Shown here piece by piece: positions 56,079 to 64,000 of a stretch of 64,000 nucleotides of DNA (positions within the stretch are counted from its first letter, which is position 1; each line of letters begins with the position of its first letter). Source of the stretch: a virus. The notes beneath the pieces were generated by a model. That model did not search any database, had not been told where the DNA came from, and was given only the letters and a program-made list of their open reading frames with translations. The DNA lies in IMG/VR virus record IMGVR_UViG_3300037461_001787, positions 45,278-109,277 of that record. The stretch is one strand, 5' to 3'. The translations under genes and the position numbers were made by a program.

Positions 56079-57058
56079 TTGTGTTTTCAGATCTGCATCT
56101 GAGCGAGGACAGCGAAATAACGGTGTTCCAGAAAGTTTTGCCGGGGATTCTGGAAGCTGCAAAGGGGGACGATGGGGTCATCGCTTGCTTGGGAGATTTT
56201 TGGCATGTCCGGTATAAAATTCCAGTTGCTCTCCAGAACCAGGTGGCGATGTGGTTACGCGCGTTGAAGCGGGAAGGGTTCCAGCTGTATTTGTTGCCTG
56301 GTAATCATGACCAGATCAATAGCGTTGGGGAGAATGCGCTGGAGGTGTTCGCGGACCTGGATCATGTGACGGTCATCACTGAGCCGGTCTGGAATCGGTA
56401 TGGGCTTTGGATTCCCTATCGCAAGGAGCGCGCAGACATAGAGCGCGCGTTGGCATTGCCAGTTCCGCCGATGGCAGCACCCCCGGTGTTGTGGCTGCAT
56501 CATGGGGTCAAGGGAGCTGAGATGGCACCTGGAGTTTTAGGGGAGATCGGGATGGAGCCGGGCGTATTCGCCCGTTGGCATCTGGTGCTTTGCGGTCATT
56601 TTCACAAGCGCCAGTGGTTGGGCAACATTGTCTACGTAGGATCGCCGTACCAAGTGACTGCAGCTGAAGCAGATCAGCCAAAGGGGTATGCGATTTGGAA
56701 TCCGGATACTGGAGAGTTTGTTTGGCGGGATACGGCGTGGGGAAAGCGCTATCACAATGTCGATCTCACCCAGGGCAATGCGCGGGAGATTCTACAGTCG
56801 CGGGTGGCAGTGCCGGGTGACGAGGTGCGCATTCATGGGGGGAATTCGCGGGAATCAGAGGAGTGGGTCAAGGCGTTCCAGAAATCGGGAGCGCATTGCG
56901 TGGCAGAGGTAAAGGCCGAGGCGCCTCCGCAGCGGTTAGAAGTTGGGTTGAACCCTACGTTGGAGGGTTATGCGCGCGCTTTTGCGCAGAAGGCCATCAG
57001 TCTTCCAGAAGAGGCCGAGGCTGCGATGGCTGTTTATCGGGAGATCGCTCAGTCATGA
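56075..57058 (+). CDS. sbcD: SbcD / Mre11 (gp47-like) metallophosphoesterase nuclease
   Basis: SDLH; LGDFWH; PGNHD; GHFHKRQ; YVGSPYQ. Confidence 0.92.
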   Translation: MIVFSDLHLSEDSEITVFQKVLPGILEAAKGDDGVIACLGDFWHVRYKIPVALQNQVAMWLRALKREGFQLYLLPGNHDQINSVGENALEVFADLDHVTVITEPVWNRYGLWIPYRKERADIERALALPVPPMAAPPVLWLHHGVKGAEMAPGVLGEIGMEPGVFARWHLVLCGHFHKRQWLGNIVYVGSPYQVTAAEADQPKGYAIWNPDTGEFVWRDTAWGKRYHNVDLTQGNAREILQSRVAVPGDEVRIHGGNSRESEEWVKAFQKSGAHCVAEVKAEAPPQRLEVGLNPTLEGYARAFAQKAISLPEEAEAAMAVYREIAQS

Positions 57059-59079
57059 AGTTCCAGAAAATATGTTTGGCGAATTATGGTCCGTTTTTTG
57101 GTGAGCATACATTTTCTTTTTCCAGAAAAGGGTTGGTGCTCATTTGCGGGCGGAATTTGGATGATCCCCGGTGCGATTCTAATGGGGCTGGGAAATCTAG
57201 TCTCTTTGACGCTTTGGATTGGGCGTTATTTGGTAAGGTTCCGCGTGGGGATCATGTGGATTCTGTCATCCATGATTGCGCTACCTCTTGCCAGGTGCGG
57301 GTGGAGCTGGAGGATGACGGCGGGAGGCCGATCGTCATTGAGCGCCGGCGGGGCAAGGAGAGCAGCTTGCGTTTCTGGGTGGCGGGGGAGGATCGGCAAG
57401 CGCTCGATGTACGGGAGACGCAGAAGCACATTGAAAAGGTGCTGGGGGTGGATCGCGACACGTTTCATGCTGCGGTGTATTTTGGCCAGACGGATCTCAT
57501 CCGTTACGCGGATTCGACCGATGCCGAGCGCATGGAGGTGCTGACCCGCATTCTGCAGTTGGAGGAGATTGACGGGTTGCTGGAGCGGACCAAGGGGCTC
57601 TTGCAAGCGCTGTCTGATCAAGAGGCGGCCAGCCGCGAGCGTCTTGCGCGTTTGAGTGCGGAAGAAGGGGTACTGCGGTCTCAAAATTTGGTGGACAAGA
57701 GCGCGGAATGGGAGGGGCGGCGGCAGGCGGATGTGCAGGGATGGGCGGCGGATCATTCGCGACGGACTAATGATTTGCTGGCGACTGAGATGCGCGTGAG
57801 AGAGCTATACCCAGCGGCACAGGCAGAGGCGGAGCGGTTGGCGGCAGAGATGGATGCGTTGGCGGCACCCCCAGTGTTGGTGAGTGACGCGAACAAGCGT
57901 TTGGCTTCAGCGCAGGAGGTCTGCGGGGTGGCTCGCTACCGGATGACTGAGGCGCAGCGGGTGCTGTCGATTTTTCAGCCGTTGGGTGAGACATGCAGTG
58001 TATGCGGTCAGCCGGTGCCGGAGGCTTTGCGCAGTGGGGAGAGGCAGAAGCGCGAGTTGGCGCTTGCTCAGGCGACGGCCGAGTATCAGCAGGCAGAGCA
58101 AGTCATGCGGGCAGCGCAGGCTGAGGTAAACCACGAGGAGATGGTGCGCGCGAGAGAGAATGCTGCCTTGGTCCAGCGTCGTCTGCAATTGCGACAGCAG
58201 GCAGAAGGGGCTCAGCGGGCGGTTCTGCAACATGAGCAAACTTTCCGCGCGGTGGAAGCTGGGCGTTTGGCTCTCGCGCAGCTTTGGGAGCAGATCCAGC
58301 GCCGGGCGATGGAGGTCAATCCTTTTGCTTCGCAGATCGAACAGACCGCGATGCGGCTAGCGGAGATCGGGGAGACGTTGGCGCGTGAGGGAGCGTGGGT
58401 TGAGGGGGCGAAACGGCGTAGGAATTTTCTGGAATTCTGGAAAGATGCTTTTGGTCCACATGGGCTCAAGAGCTACATTTTGGATGCGCGGTTGCATGAT
58501 CTTACGGAGGCGGCCAATCGTTGGGTGCAGCAGTTGACCGGGGGGGTTTACTGGGTCCAGTTCCAATCTCAGCGGCAGACACGGGGGAAGAAGATCGTCA
58601 ATGCTCCGGAGGTTCGGGTGGCGCGCTGGCAACCAGATGGCACGATCACTGAGCGAAACTATCGATCGCTTTCGGGCGGGGAGAAGCAGCGGGTGAGCTT
58701 TCCGATTGATTTTGGCCTGTCGCATTTGCTCGCGAGCCGTTCGCGGCAGCGGTATGATTTGCTGTTGTTAGACGAGGTTTTTCGCCATCTCGATCGCACG
58801 GGCAAAGAAGCGATGGTTGAAATGTTGGAGTTGCTTGCGAGGGAAAAGGGAGCGGTCTACGTCATTGAGCACGATGCTGAGATGCAGGGGCTCTTTGAGC
58901 AACGGGTGGTGGTCGAAAAGAAAAATCGCTGTAGCGTGATCCGAGAGGAGACTAGCCATGGGCAACATGCAAAAGAAGAGAAACCAATTACAGCGGCGCT
59001 TGAGCACAGTGTACCAAGTGGTGCCATTGGTCAGCCCCCGATCCACCGACCCGTACAACGCACTCCTGTGCCCCGGTGA
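57055..59079 (+). CDS. sbcC: SbcC / Rad50 (gp46-like) ATPase
   Basis: ATG 57055; SNGAGKSS; CSVC zinc hook; LSGGEKQR; LLDEVF.HLD; IEHD. Confidence 0.92.
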   Translation: MKFQKICLANYGPFFGEHTFSFSRKGLVLICGRNLDDPRCDSNGAGKSSLFDALDWALFGKVPRGDHVDSVIHDCATSCQVRVELEDDGGRPIVIERRRGKESSLRFWVAGEDRQALDVRETQKHIEKVLGVDRDTFHAAVYFGQTDLIRYADSTDAERMEVLTRILQLEEIDGLLERTKGLLQALSDQEAASRERLARLSAEEGVLRSQNLVDKSAEWEGRRQADVQGWAADHSRRTNDLLATEMRVRELYPAAQAEAERLAAEMDALAAPPVLVSDANKRLASAQEVCGVARYRMTEAQRVLSIFQPLGETCSVCGQPVPEALRSGERQKRELALAQATAEYQQAEQVMRAAQAEVNHEEMVRARENAALVQRRLQLRQQAEGAQRAVLQHEQTFRAVEAGRLALAQLWEQIQRRAMEVNPFASQIEQTAMRLAEIGETLAREGAWVEGAKRRRNFLEFWKDAFGPHGLKSYILDARLHDLTEAANRWVQQLTGGVYWVQFQSQRQTRGKKIVNAPEVRVARWQPDGTITERNYRSLSGGEKQRVSFPIDFGLSHLLASRSRQRYDLLLLDEVFRHLDRTGKEAMVEMLELLAREKGAVYVIEHDAEMQGLFEQRVVVEKKNRCSVIREETSHGQHAKEEKPITAALEHSVPSGAIGQPPIHRPVQRTPVPR

Positions 59080-59584
59080 GGACTACCAGATCCAGGGAGA
59101 GGTAGCGGATTACGTGGTCGTTTCTGTGCCGACTACCATGAGCCAGAATTCTGCGGAGGCGTTGCGCAAGCGATTGGCCGAGGCCATTCAGCGTCCGATT
59201 ATCATGGTCACTCACAACATTCATTTTCTGCGGGCGCGGAAGTTGCCTTTTGCCGAGGCGCGGAAAGTGATCAACCGCGCGGAGGTGGGGCTTGAACAAG
59301 TTACCCGGGCCATGCTCGCCAATCAGACAGCCAGTGAAGAATCAATGGGCGCCCAAGCCGGCGAGCCCTCCAGTTCTGGAGCCATCCCAGTGCCAGAAAT
59401 CAGCGGAGCAGGCGACTGTGGGGATGGATGTGGTGATGGGGATCGATCCGGGGTTTGCATCGATGGGAGTGGCGGTGATCGGGCGCTCGAATGCGGGGGC
59501 GCGGATCCAGCTGCTGCATCTGGGGACAGTATCGACGGCGAAGGCCACAAAAAAAGCGCGGGTGAATCTGCGGGCGACCAATGA
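58958..59584 (+). CDS. Hypothetical protein overlapping both neighbours
   Basis: GAGGAG RBS before ATG 58958. Confidence 0.55.
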   Translation: MGNMQKKRNQLQRRLSTVYQVVPLVSPRSTDPYNALLCPGEDYQIQGEVADYVVVSVPTTMSQNSAEALRKRLAEAIQRPIIMVTHNIHFLRARKLPFAEARKVINRAEVGLEQVTRAMLANQTASEESMGAQAGEPSSSGAIPVPEISGAGDCGDGCGDGDRSGVCIDGSGGDRALECGGADPAAASGDSIDGEGHKKSAGESAGDQ

Positions 59585-59987
59585 CGATCAGCGTCGATAC
59601 GATGAAATTTACGATGCGATCGAAGCGTTGCGGCAGCGTTACCGCCCTACTGCGGTAGGGGTTGAGGCGTATCATCCCTATGTCGAAGCTGCGACTGGAT
59701 GGAAGACGGCAGTGGTGTACGGCGGGATTATATTTTGGGCGAGGGCGTCCAATATTTATTGCGCGCCTTACATCCCTCAGGACCTGAAGCGGCGGTTTTG
59801 TGGCAATCAATCGGGCAGCAAGCTTGCGGTGGCGTCCGTGGTTATGCAGTTGATCGTGGGCGCTCCGGAGGCGTATCTTGCCACGAATAAAACGCAGCGG
59901 GAGCATGTGGGGGACGCTTTGGGGCATGCGGTTTTGGTGTTAGAGGAGATCGATCGTGTGCGAAAAATTGTGCGAGGGATGCCATGA
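59424..59987 (+). CDS. ruvC: RuvC-like Holliday junction resolvase
   Basis: MGIDPGFASMG; VGVE; P..LK...G...SK; HVGDALGHA. Confidence 0.9.
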   Translation: MDVVMGIDPGFASMGVAVIGRSNAGARIQLLHLGTVSTAKATKKARVNLRATNDDQRRYDEIYDAIEALRQRYRPTAVGVEAYHPYVEAATGWKTAVVYGGIIFWARASNIYCAPYIPQDLKRRFCGNQSGSKLAVASVVMQLIVGAPEAYLATNKTQREHVGDALGHAVLVLEEIDRVRKIVRGMP

Positions 59988-60355
59988 TATTTTTGCTCAA
60001 CCCGGCCAGGGTCCTGTTGGAGAGTCTGGAGCTTGCGCGTCTGAAGCTTGCTGCGCGGACCAATACTGTTCCAGAAAAAGTTACTGCACGATTGGAAGTG
60101 AACGATGGTAAGATTATGCCGGTGTTCCAGCTTTCTTGCGATATCGCTGGAGCCTTGGAGAAGGAGTACATTGAGAAGTTGATGCGCGATATCTGGAAAG
60201 AGGGACAACCAGAGTTGATCGAGCGATTGCGCGGATTGTTGGAGGTGCGCTATGGGTGCGGCCCATCCAAAGAAGCTGAAACGGGTGAAGATACCCAAGG
60301 GACCAACGTTGAGGAACGAGGCGGTGAATCAGTTCGGGGTCTCGACATGCGTTGA
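59984..60355 (+). CDS. Hypothetical protein
   Basis: ATGA overlap with ruvC. Confidence 0.55.
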   Translation: MIFLLNPARVLLESLELARLKLAARTNTVPEKVTARLEVNDGKIMPVFQLSCDIAGALEKEYIEKLMRDIWKEGQPELIERLRGLLEVRYGCGPSKEAETGEDTQGTNVEERGGESVRGLDMR

Positions 60356-60962
60356 GACGGCGGCGATTGGGCTGGCGGAACCAAGCAAAGAGGTCCCGGG
60401 GTATTTGTGGTTGCGTCGGCTTGCCGAGGTCCAATACGCGACGAGTCGTGAGGGCATCACGGTCGATGAGATGGCGCGGGATCCGCTCTACAGCAATTTA
60501 AGTAAGATGACCTTGCAGCGTTGGAGCTGCGAGGATCGTTGGGTCGAGAAGCGGCAGAAATATTACGAGGGCATCAGCTGTAAAATACAGGCCAAGATCG
60601 GCCAGGGCATGATGCGCGAGCAGTTGCGCGCGCTGAAGGAGATTCAGAGTCTCGGGGCTGAGATTCTGGAAAAGCTTCGAGACAAGCAGGTGCGGGTGGG
60701 GACGTATGAGGGGCTGGTGACCGCCTATTTGAAGCTGCTTGATTATGAGACCGAAATGCAAAAAAAGGTCTCCAAGGAAGTGGTGCACGAGAGGGATGGC
60801 GGGGTACGCACGGATGGAGTGAAGGTGGCGGCGTCGCTCTCCGAGGCCGAGGCACGGGTAGCGGTGGATACAATCTTGAGGATGCGTCGAGACCAAATCC
60901 GCGCGGCTGCGCCCTCCAGTGCTTTGCAACGTGAGGCGGCGAAGAAAGGCGATATTGTTTGA
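60252..60962 (+). CDS. HTH protein, possibly terminase small subunit-like
   Basis: ITVDEMAR...LSKMTLQRWSCEDRWVEKR followed by helical segments; GGAGGT RBS. Confidence 0.45.
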   Translation: MGAAHPKKLKRVKIPKGPTLRNEAVNQFGVSTCVETAAIGLAEPSKEVPGYLWLRRLAEVQYATSREGITVDEMARDPLYSNLSKMTLQRWSCEDRWVEKRQKYYEGISCKIQAKIGQGMMREQLRALKEIQSLGAEILEKLRDKQVRVGTYEGLVTAYLKLLDYETEMQKKVSKEVVHERDGGVRTDGVKVAASLSEAEARVAVDTILRMRRDQIRAAAPSSALQREAAKKGDIV

Positions 60963-60981
60963 TTTCGGAGGTAGCATAGCG

Positions 60982-61632
60982 ATGGGACGAGGTAAGCGAT
61001 GGACCAAGCAAGAGGAGCAGGCGCTACTGCATGGTGTAGGCGTATATGGAGTTGCTTGGTTCCAGAAAAATACTGGAGATGCGCTCGATTGGCCGGCAGC
61101 GCCAAAGGGTAGGACGCGTCGGGCGGTTTACTCGAAAGCCTATCGGATGTATGGGATTGGGGGTTTGAGCCGCGGTACCTACACATTGCGGCGTTTGATT
61201 TGTGAGACTGGATATGGCCCCAGCCATTTTTACCGCGCGATGCGCGCTTGTGGGCAAAAATGGAAACGCACGAGCGTTCGTGGTAGATACTTGATTTGTG
61301 AAGATCAGGTAGACGAATTACTGGCGTGGCTGCGTCAAGATTATTGGGGTAAGCGGCATCGATTGTATCGGTGCAGTTGGTGCGGGGTTGAGCATCGGCG
61401 GCACCATGCCCAAGGGCTCTGTCGCAGGTGCTATCAGCGGTATGCCCAACGGTTGTGGCGGGCTGGACTGCCGATTGGGCGAAAGGAGTTGAGCGTGGAA
61501 CTTAGGAAAATGGCGCAATGTGAGCAAGTAAGTGATTTTTTAGCTATGGCAATGCGTCATGCTCAACGAGGGTGGGCAATCCCAGAAGAGTCGCTGCGGC
61601 GGTTGATTAAGGAGCGGCGCCATGCTGATTGA
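60982..61632 (+). CDS. Myb/SANT-like + HTH + zinc-finger DNA-binding protein
   Basis: KRWTKQEEQALLHGVGVYG...GRTRRAVYSKA; YTLRRLICETGY; CSWC...HHAQGLCRRCY. Confidence 0.6.
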   Translation: MGRGKRWTKQEEQALLHGVGVYGVAWFQKNTGDALDWPAAPKGRTRRAVYSKAYRMYGIGGLSRGTYTLRRLICETGYGPSHFYRAMRACGQKWKRTSVRGRYLICEDQVDELLAWLRQDYWGKRHRLYRCSWCGVEHRRHHAQGLCRRCYQRYAQRLWRAGLPIGRKELSVELRKMAQCEQVSDFLAMAMRHAQRGWAIPEESLRRLIKERRHAD

Positions 61633-61822
61633 CCTGGACGAACAGGAATTGGGGCTACTTGTGCGGGTTGTGAGCTTGGCCAGGCACGCCGAGGTGGTGT
61701 TATTGGATTGCACAGCAGAAGAGCAGGCGCGCTTGCGTGAGTTAGGGGGGAAACTCGACCAAGCGCGAAATAAGGAGATGGATGGTGGATCTACGAGTAC
61801 AGGAGTTGGTGCGGATAGCTGA
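61622..61822 (+). CDS. Small hypothetical protein
   Basis: AAGGAG RBS. Confidence 0.55.
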   Translation: MLIDLDEQELGLLVRVVSLARHAEVVLLDCTAEEQARLRELGGKLDQARNKEMDGGSTSTGVGADS

Positions 61823-62021
61823 TCGGATGGCGCTCTACACCTTGGAGTCTGCATCCGGGAATACGGAGCGCGCGCATCGTGAGGCGATCGTGATCGCGTA
61901 TCTTACGCTGCAGATGTTGAAGCTGACTTACCCGCAAAAAAATGTGACAAAGGTTTTTGAAGCGTTGCAGGAAGCTGAGGGAGTGATGGATTTGCTTGCA
62001 CGCCCTAAGGGAGTCGTCTGA
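61782..62021 (+). CDS. Small hypothetical protein
   Basis: AAGGAG RBS; TGATG coupling to next gene. Confidence 0.55.
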   Translation: MVDLRVQELVRIADRMALYTLESASGNTERAHREAIVIAYLTLQMLKLTYPQKNVTKVFEALQEAEGVMDLLARPKGVV

Positions 62022-63022
62022 TGGATTTGGGGCAGGCCATCAAAACAGTGCTGCGAATTTGCCCCAAGGAACAGCACTATTATCGGTCTGTACGGTTTTT
62101 TCCTGGCAGTGATGGGGGTCCGGATACGGTTTGCGCTACCGATGGCATGTGCACTTTTGTTTGCGCTTTGCCCTCTTCTGGATTGCCCAATGCGCTGCTC
62201 TCTGCTGATTTGCTCAAACGTGCTTTGGCAGGCGGGACGGCGCCATTGGCGCTTACGGCTGCGCCTTATGGTTGGGTGACTGGGCAAGTAGGTGGCGCTA
62301 CTTATCAATTTCCGGGTATCGATTTTGCGAACTATCCTGGCATCCCGCAAATACCGCAGTGGTCTGGGAGGATCGATGCGGAGGATATCGCTCATGTGGC
62401 GGTGGCGGCCGAGAAGGCGGGTGGGGAGCTGGATTTGATTCGTTTTGGTAACGGTTTTTTGGAGGCGACCGATCGCGCGCAATTCATTCGCTTGGAAGTT
62501 TCCGCGGCTTTTGATGCGGTAGTTCCTGCGCGTTTGTTTGCGGGGTGGAAAGACGGCATGGTGTGGATGGGCAAAACGGAATCGACGGCGTTTTTCGCCC
62601 GTGATTGCGAGCTACGTTTTGCGGCGCTCCAAAAAAATGTTTTTCCGCATACTGAGGATACGCCAGATGAGCATATGGGCCCGTGGGCGCTGTTGCCGAC
62701 AGAGGCATTTGCGACGGCGATCAAGCGGGGAGCGGCAGTATCGCGTTTTCATGTAGTGGAGCTATCTTTTGCGGCGGACAAGGTGACGGTACGGGCCCTC
62801 ATCGAAGATCGCTCCAAAGGTGATAAGCTATACCTGGCTGAGGTGCCGGTGCTTGGTGGCGTAATCGAACCTGAAGTGATGGTGTTGTCCGGGAGGGTTT
62901 TCTATCGCATTCTCGGTCTGATCAAGACGCCTAATGTGAAGGTTGGTTACGGCGGTCCGTTGCGCCCGGTGCGTGTGGAATCGGCGAATTGGTTTGCGCT
63001 ACTGTGGCAGATGACCATTTGA
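62021..63022 (+). CDS. Divergent DNA polymerase III beta-clamp-like protein
   Basis: 333 aa; repeated ATD motifs (VCATDG, LEATDR); NYPGIP linker; three-domain size. Confidence 0.5.
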   Translation: MDLGQAIKTVLRICPKEQHYYRSVRFFPGSDGGPDTVCATDGMCTFVCALPSSGLPNALLSADLLKRALAGGTAPLALTAAPYGWVTGQVGGATYQFPGIDFANYPGIPQIPQWSGRIDAEDIAHVAVAAEKAGGELDLIRFGNGFLEATDRAQFIRLEVSAAFDAVVPARLFAGWKDGMVWMGKTESTAFFARDCELRFAALQKNVFPHTEDTPDEHMGPWALLPTEAFATAIKRGAAVSRFHVVELSFAADKVTVRALIEDRSKGDKLYLAEVPVLGGVIEPEVMVLSGRVFYRILGLIKTPNVKVGYGGPLRPVRVESANWFALLWQMTI

Positions 63023-63041
63023 GCATCATCGGAGGTGCGCA

Positions 63042-64000
63042 GTGGCAGACGCGACGGAATTTTTCGCGCAATTGGGAGAGTTCTCGCGGCGGGTTTTTTC
63101 TATGCTGGGGCTTCAGAACACGAGTAGTCCGTGGGTCACTGGGGTTTTTCCTGAGGGGCAACCCACTGGGGCGGTGTTGCATTACACTGGTTCTCGTGAT
63201 GCTTACTCCACGGCTCTTTGGTTTATGAATCCAGAATTAGAAAGCAAGGTATCGGCGCACGTAATTATTGGCACTGAGTGGCCGCAGGGGGTGCGCGAGC
63301 GGCATGCGCATGATTTGCTTTTGGTGCGCGAGCTGCCGACGATGGTTTTGCAATGTGTCGCTCCCAACGTCATCGCGCATCATGCGACCTGGTGCAATCG
63401 GCATTCGGTTGGGTTGGAGCTGGTGAATTGGGGTGAGGTGCGTTTTAATTCTGAATTGGGTTGGGTTGTGTACCCACAGGGTTGGACCAAGCGTTATCAG
63501 GCGCGGGGCAATGACTTCCCGCAGTCTGCGTTGAAGCGTTATTGGGAACCCTACTCAGCGGCACAGGTGCGTTGCGCGGTCGAGGTGCTGCGTTGGTATC
63601 GGCGGTGGATGGGAGGCCGGATGCGCCCGGAATGGGTGCTTGGGCATGAGCAAGTGCAGGGTGTGGCTACTATTGGTGCTACTGGCGATAAGCGGGATCC
63701 GGGTCCGTTGCTGCCGTTACATGATATGCGGTTGGCCGCTTTGGGTGATGATGTGGTGGAGCAGTTGGGGTGGTTCCAGAAATTTTCGTCGGATCCGTTA
63801 TACGCCAGCAAAATACGCGATGGGATGCTGATCGATTGGTATCTCGGGCATCCTGGCGCGGTGGTGGGGGAACGCGCTTTGGATGTGGCGCAGAAGCGAT
63901 TTGCGGCGGCGGTCTATGAGTTGGGGACGGCAGGATCATGGAAAGCTGCTTTTGGTGCGTTGGGCAAAACGTGCTTGCGGTTGCTGGGTTATTATATTCC
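63042..64000 (+). CDS. N-acetylmuramoyl-L-alanine amidase (Amidase_2), probable endolysin, 3' truncated; absent from supplied ORF track
   Basis: My translation from GTG 63042 (GGAGGT RBS): AVLHYTG...VSAHVIIG...AHHA...N..SVGLELVN...VLGHEQV...KRDPGP; frame open to the window end. Confidence 0.88.
   Translation, partial: MADATEFFAQLGEFSRRVFSMLGLQNTSSPWVTGVFPEGQPTGAVLHYTGSRDAYSTALWFMNPELESKVSAHVIIGTEWPQGVRERHAHDLLLVRELPTMVLQCVAPNVIAHHATWCNRHSVGLELVNWGEVRFNSELGWVVYPQGWTKRYQARGNDFPQSALKRYWEPYSAAQVRCAVEVLRWYRRWMGGRMRPEWVLGHEQVQGVATIGATGDKRDPGPLLPLHDMRLAALGDDVVEQLGWFQKFSSDPLYASKIRDGMLIDWYLGHPGAVVGERALDVAQKRFAAAVYELGTAGSWKAAFGALGKTCLRLLGYYI

Larger units (their letters stand above)
877..63782. repeat. 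Dispersed 9-mer TTCCAGAAA / TTTCTGGAA (56 exact copies by hand count)
   Basis: 29 copies as TTTCTGGAA and 27 as TTCCAGAAA on the + strand; positions listed in findings. Confidence 0.93.

Noticed and set aside
170-63939. Numerous minus-strand and alternate-frame ORFs in the supplied track (e.g. 831..1781, 40972..42036, 11849..12703)
   Set aside because: They are shadows of well-supported + strand genes in GC-rich DNA and have no recognisable motifs.
1-64000. tRNA/rRNA genes, integrase, att sites, large terminase, portal, major capsid
   Set aside because: None recognised in this window by eye. Head and packaging genes probably lie outside it; tRNAscan was not run.

Overview
The window is a contiguous piece of a high-GC, contractile-tailed (myovirus-type) bacteriophage genome, and every credible gene is on the + strand. 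Positions 1-35245 hold the late module: head decoration and fibre proteins, a small accessory cassette with a permuted papain-like amidase and a degenerate response-regulator receiver, SPO1/Twort-like neck proteins, sheath, tube, chaperones, tape measure, baseplate, LamG lectin and fibre proteins, and holin/spanin-like genes. Positions 35246-36445 are a non-coding control region with palindromes, an AT-rich tract and a GATC-phased 30-bp tandem array, which is a candidate origin. Positions 36446-64000 hold the replication and recombination module: an SF2 helicase with a LAGLIDADG intein, DnaB, primase, a CobS/CobT-like pair, PolA with an HNH intein, UvsY-like, gp32-like SSB, RecA, SbcD/SbcC, RuvC, a clamp-like protein and an amidase that runs off the window end. 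The strongest unexplained signal is the 9-mer TTCCAGAAA/TTTCTGGAA. I counted 56 exact copies by hand, against about 0.5 expected by chance. They occur on both strands, in all reading frames, inside almost every module. The same genome encodes several candidate readers or compactors: a DUF2924 protein with an H1-like linker that is preceded by an inverted cluster of the motif, a Myb/telobox-like protein, an RHH protein, a tiny H1-like protein and an SSB with long prion-like disordered tails. Together these suggest an undescribed sequence-indexed phage chromosome-organisation system. All family assignments are from motif recognition by eye; no database search was run.
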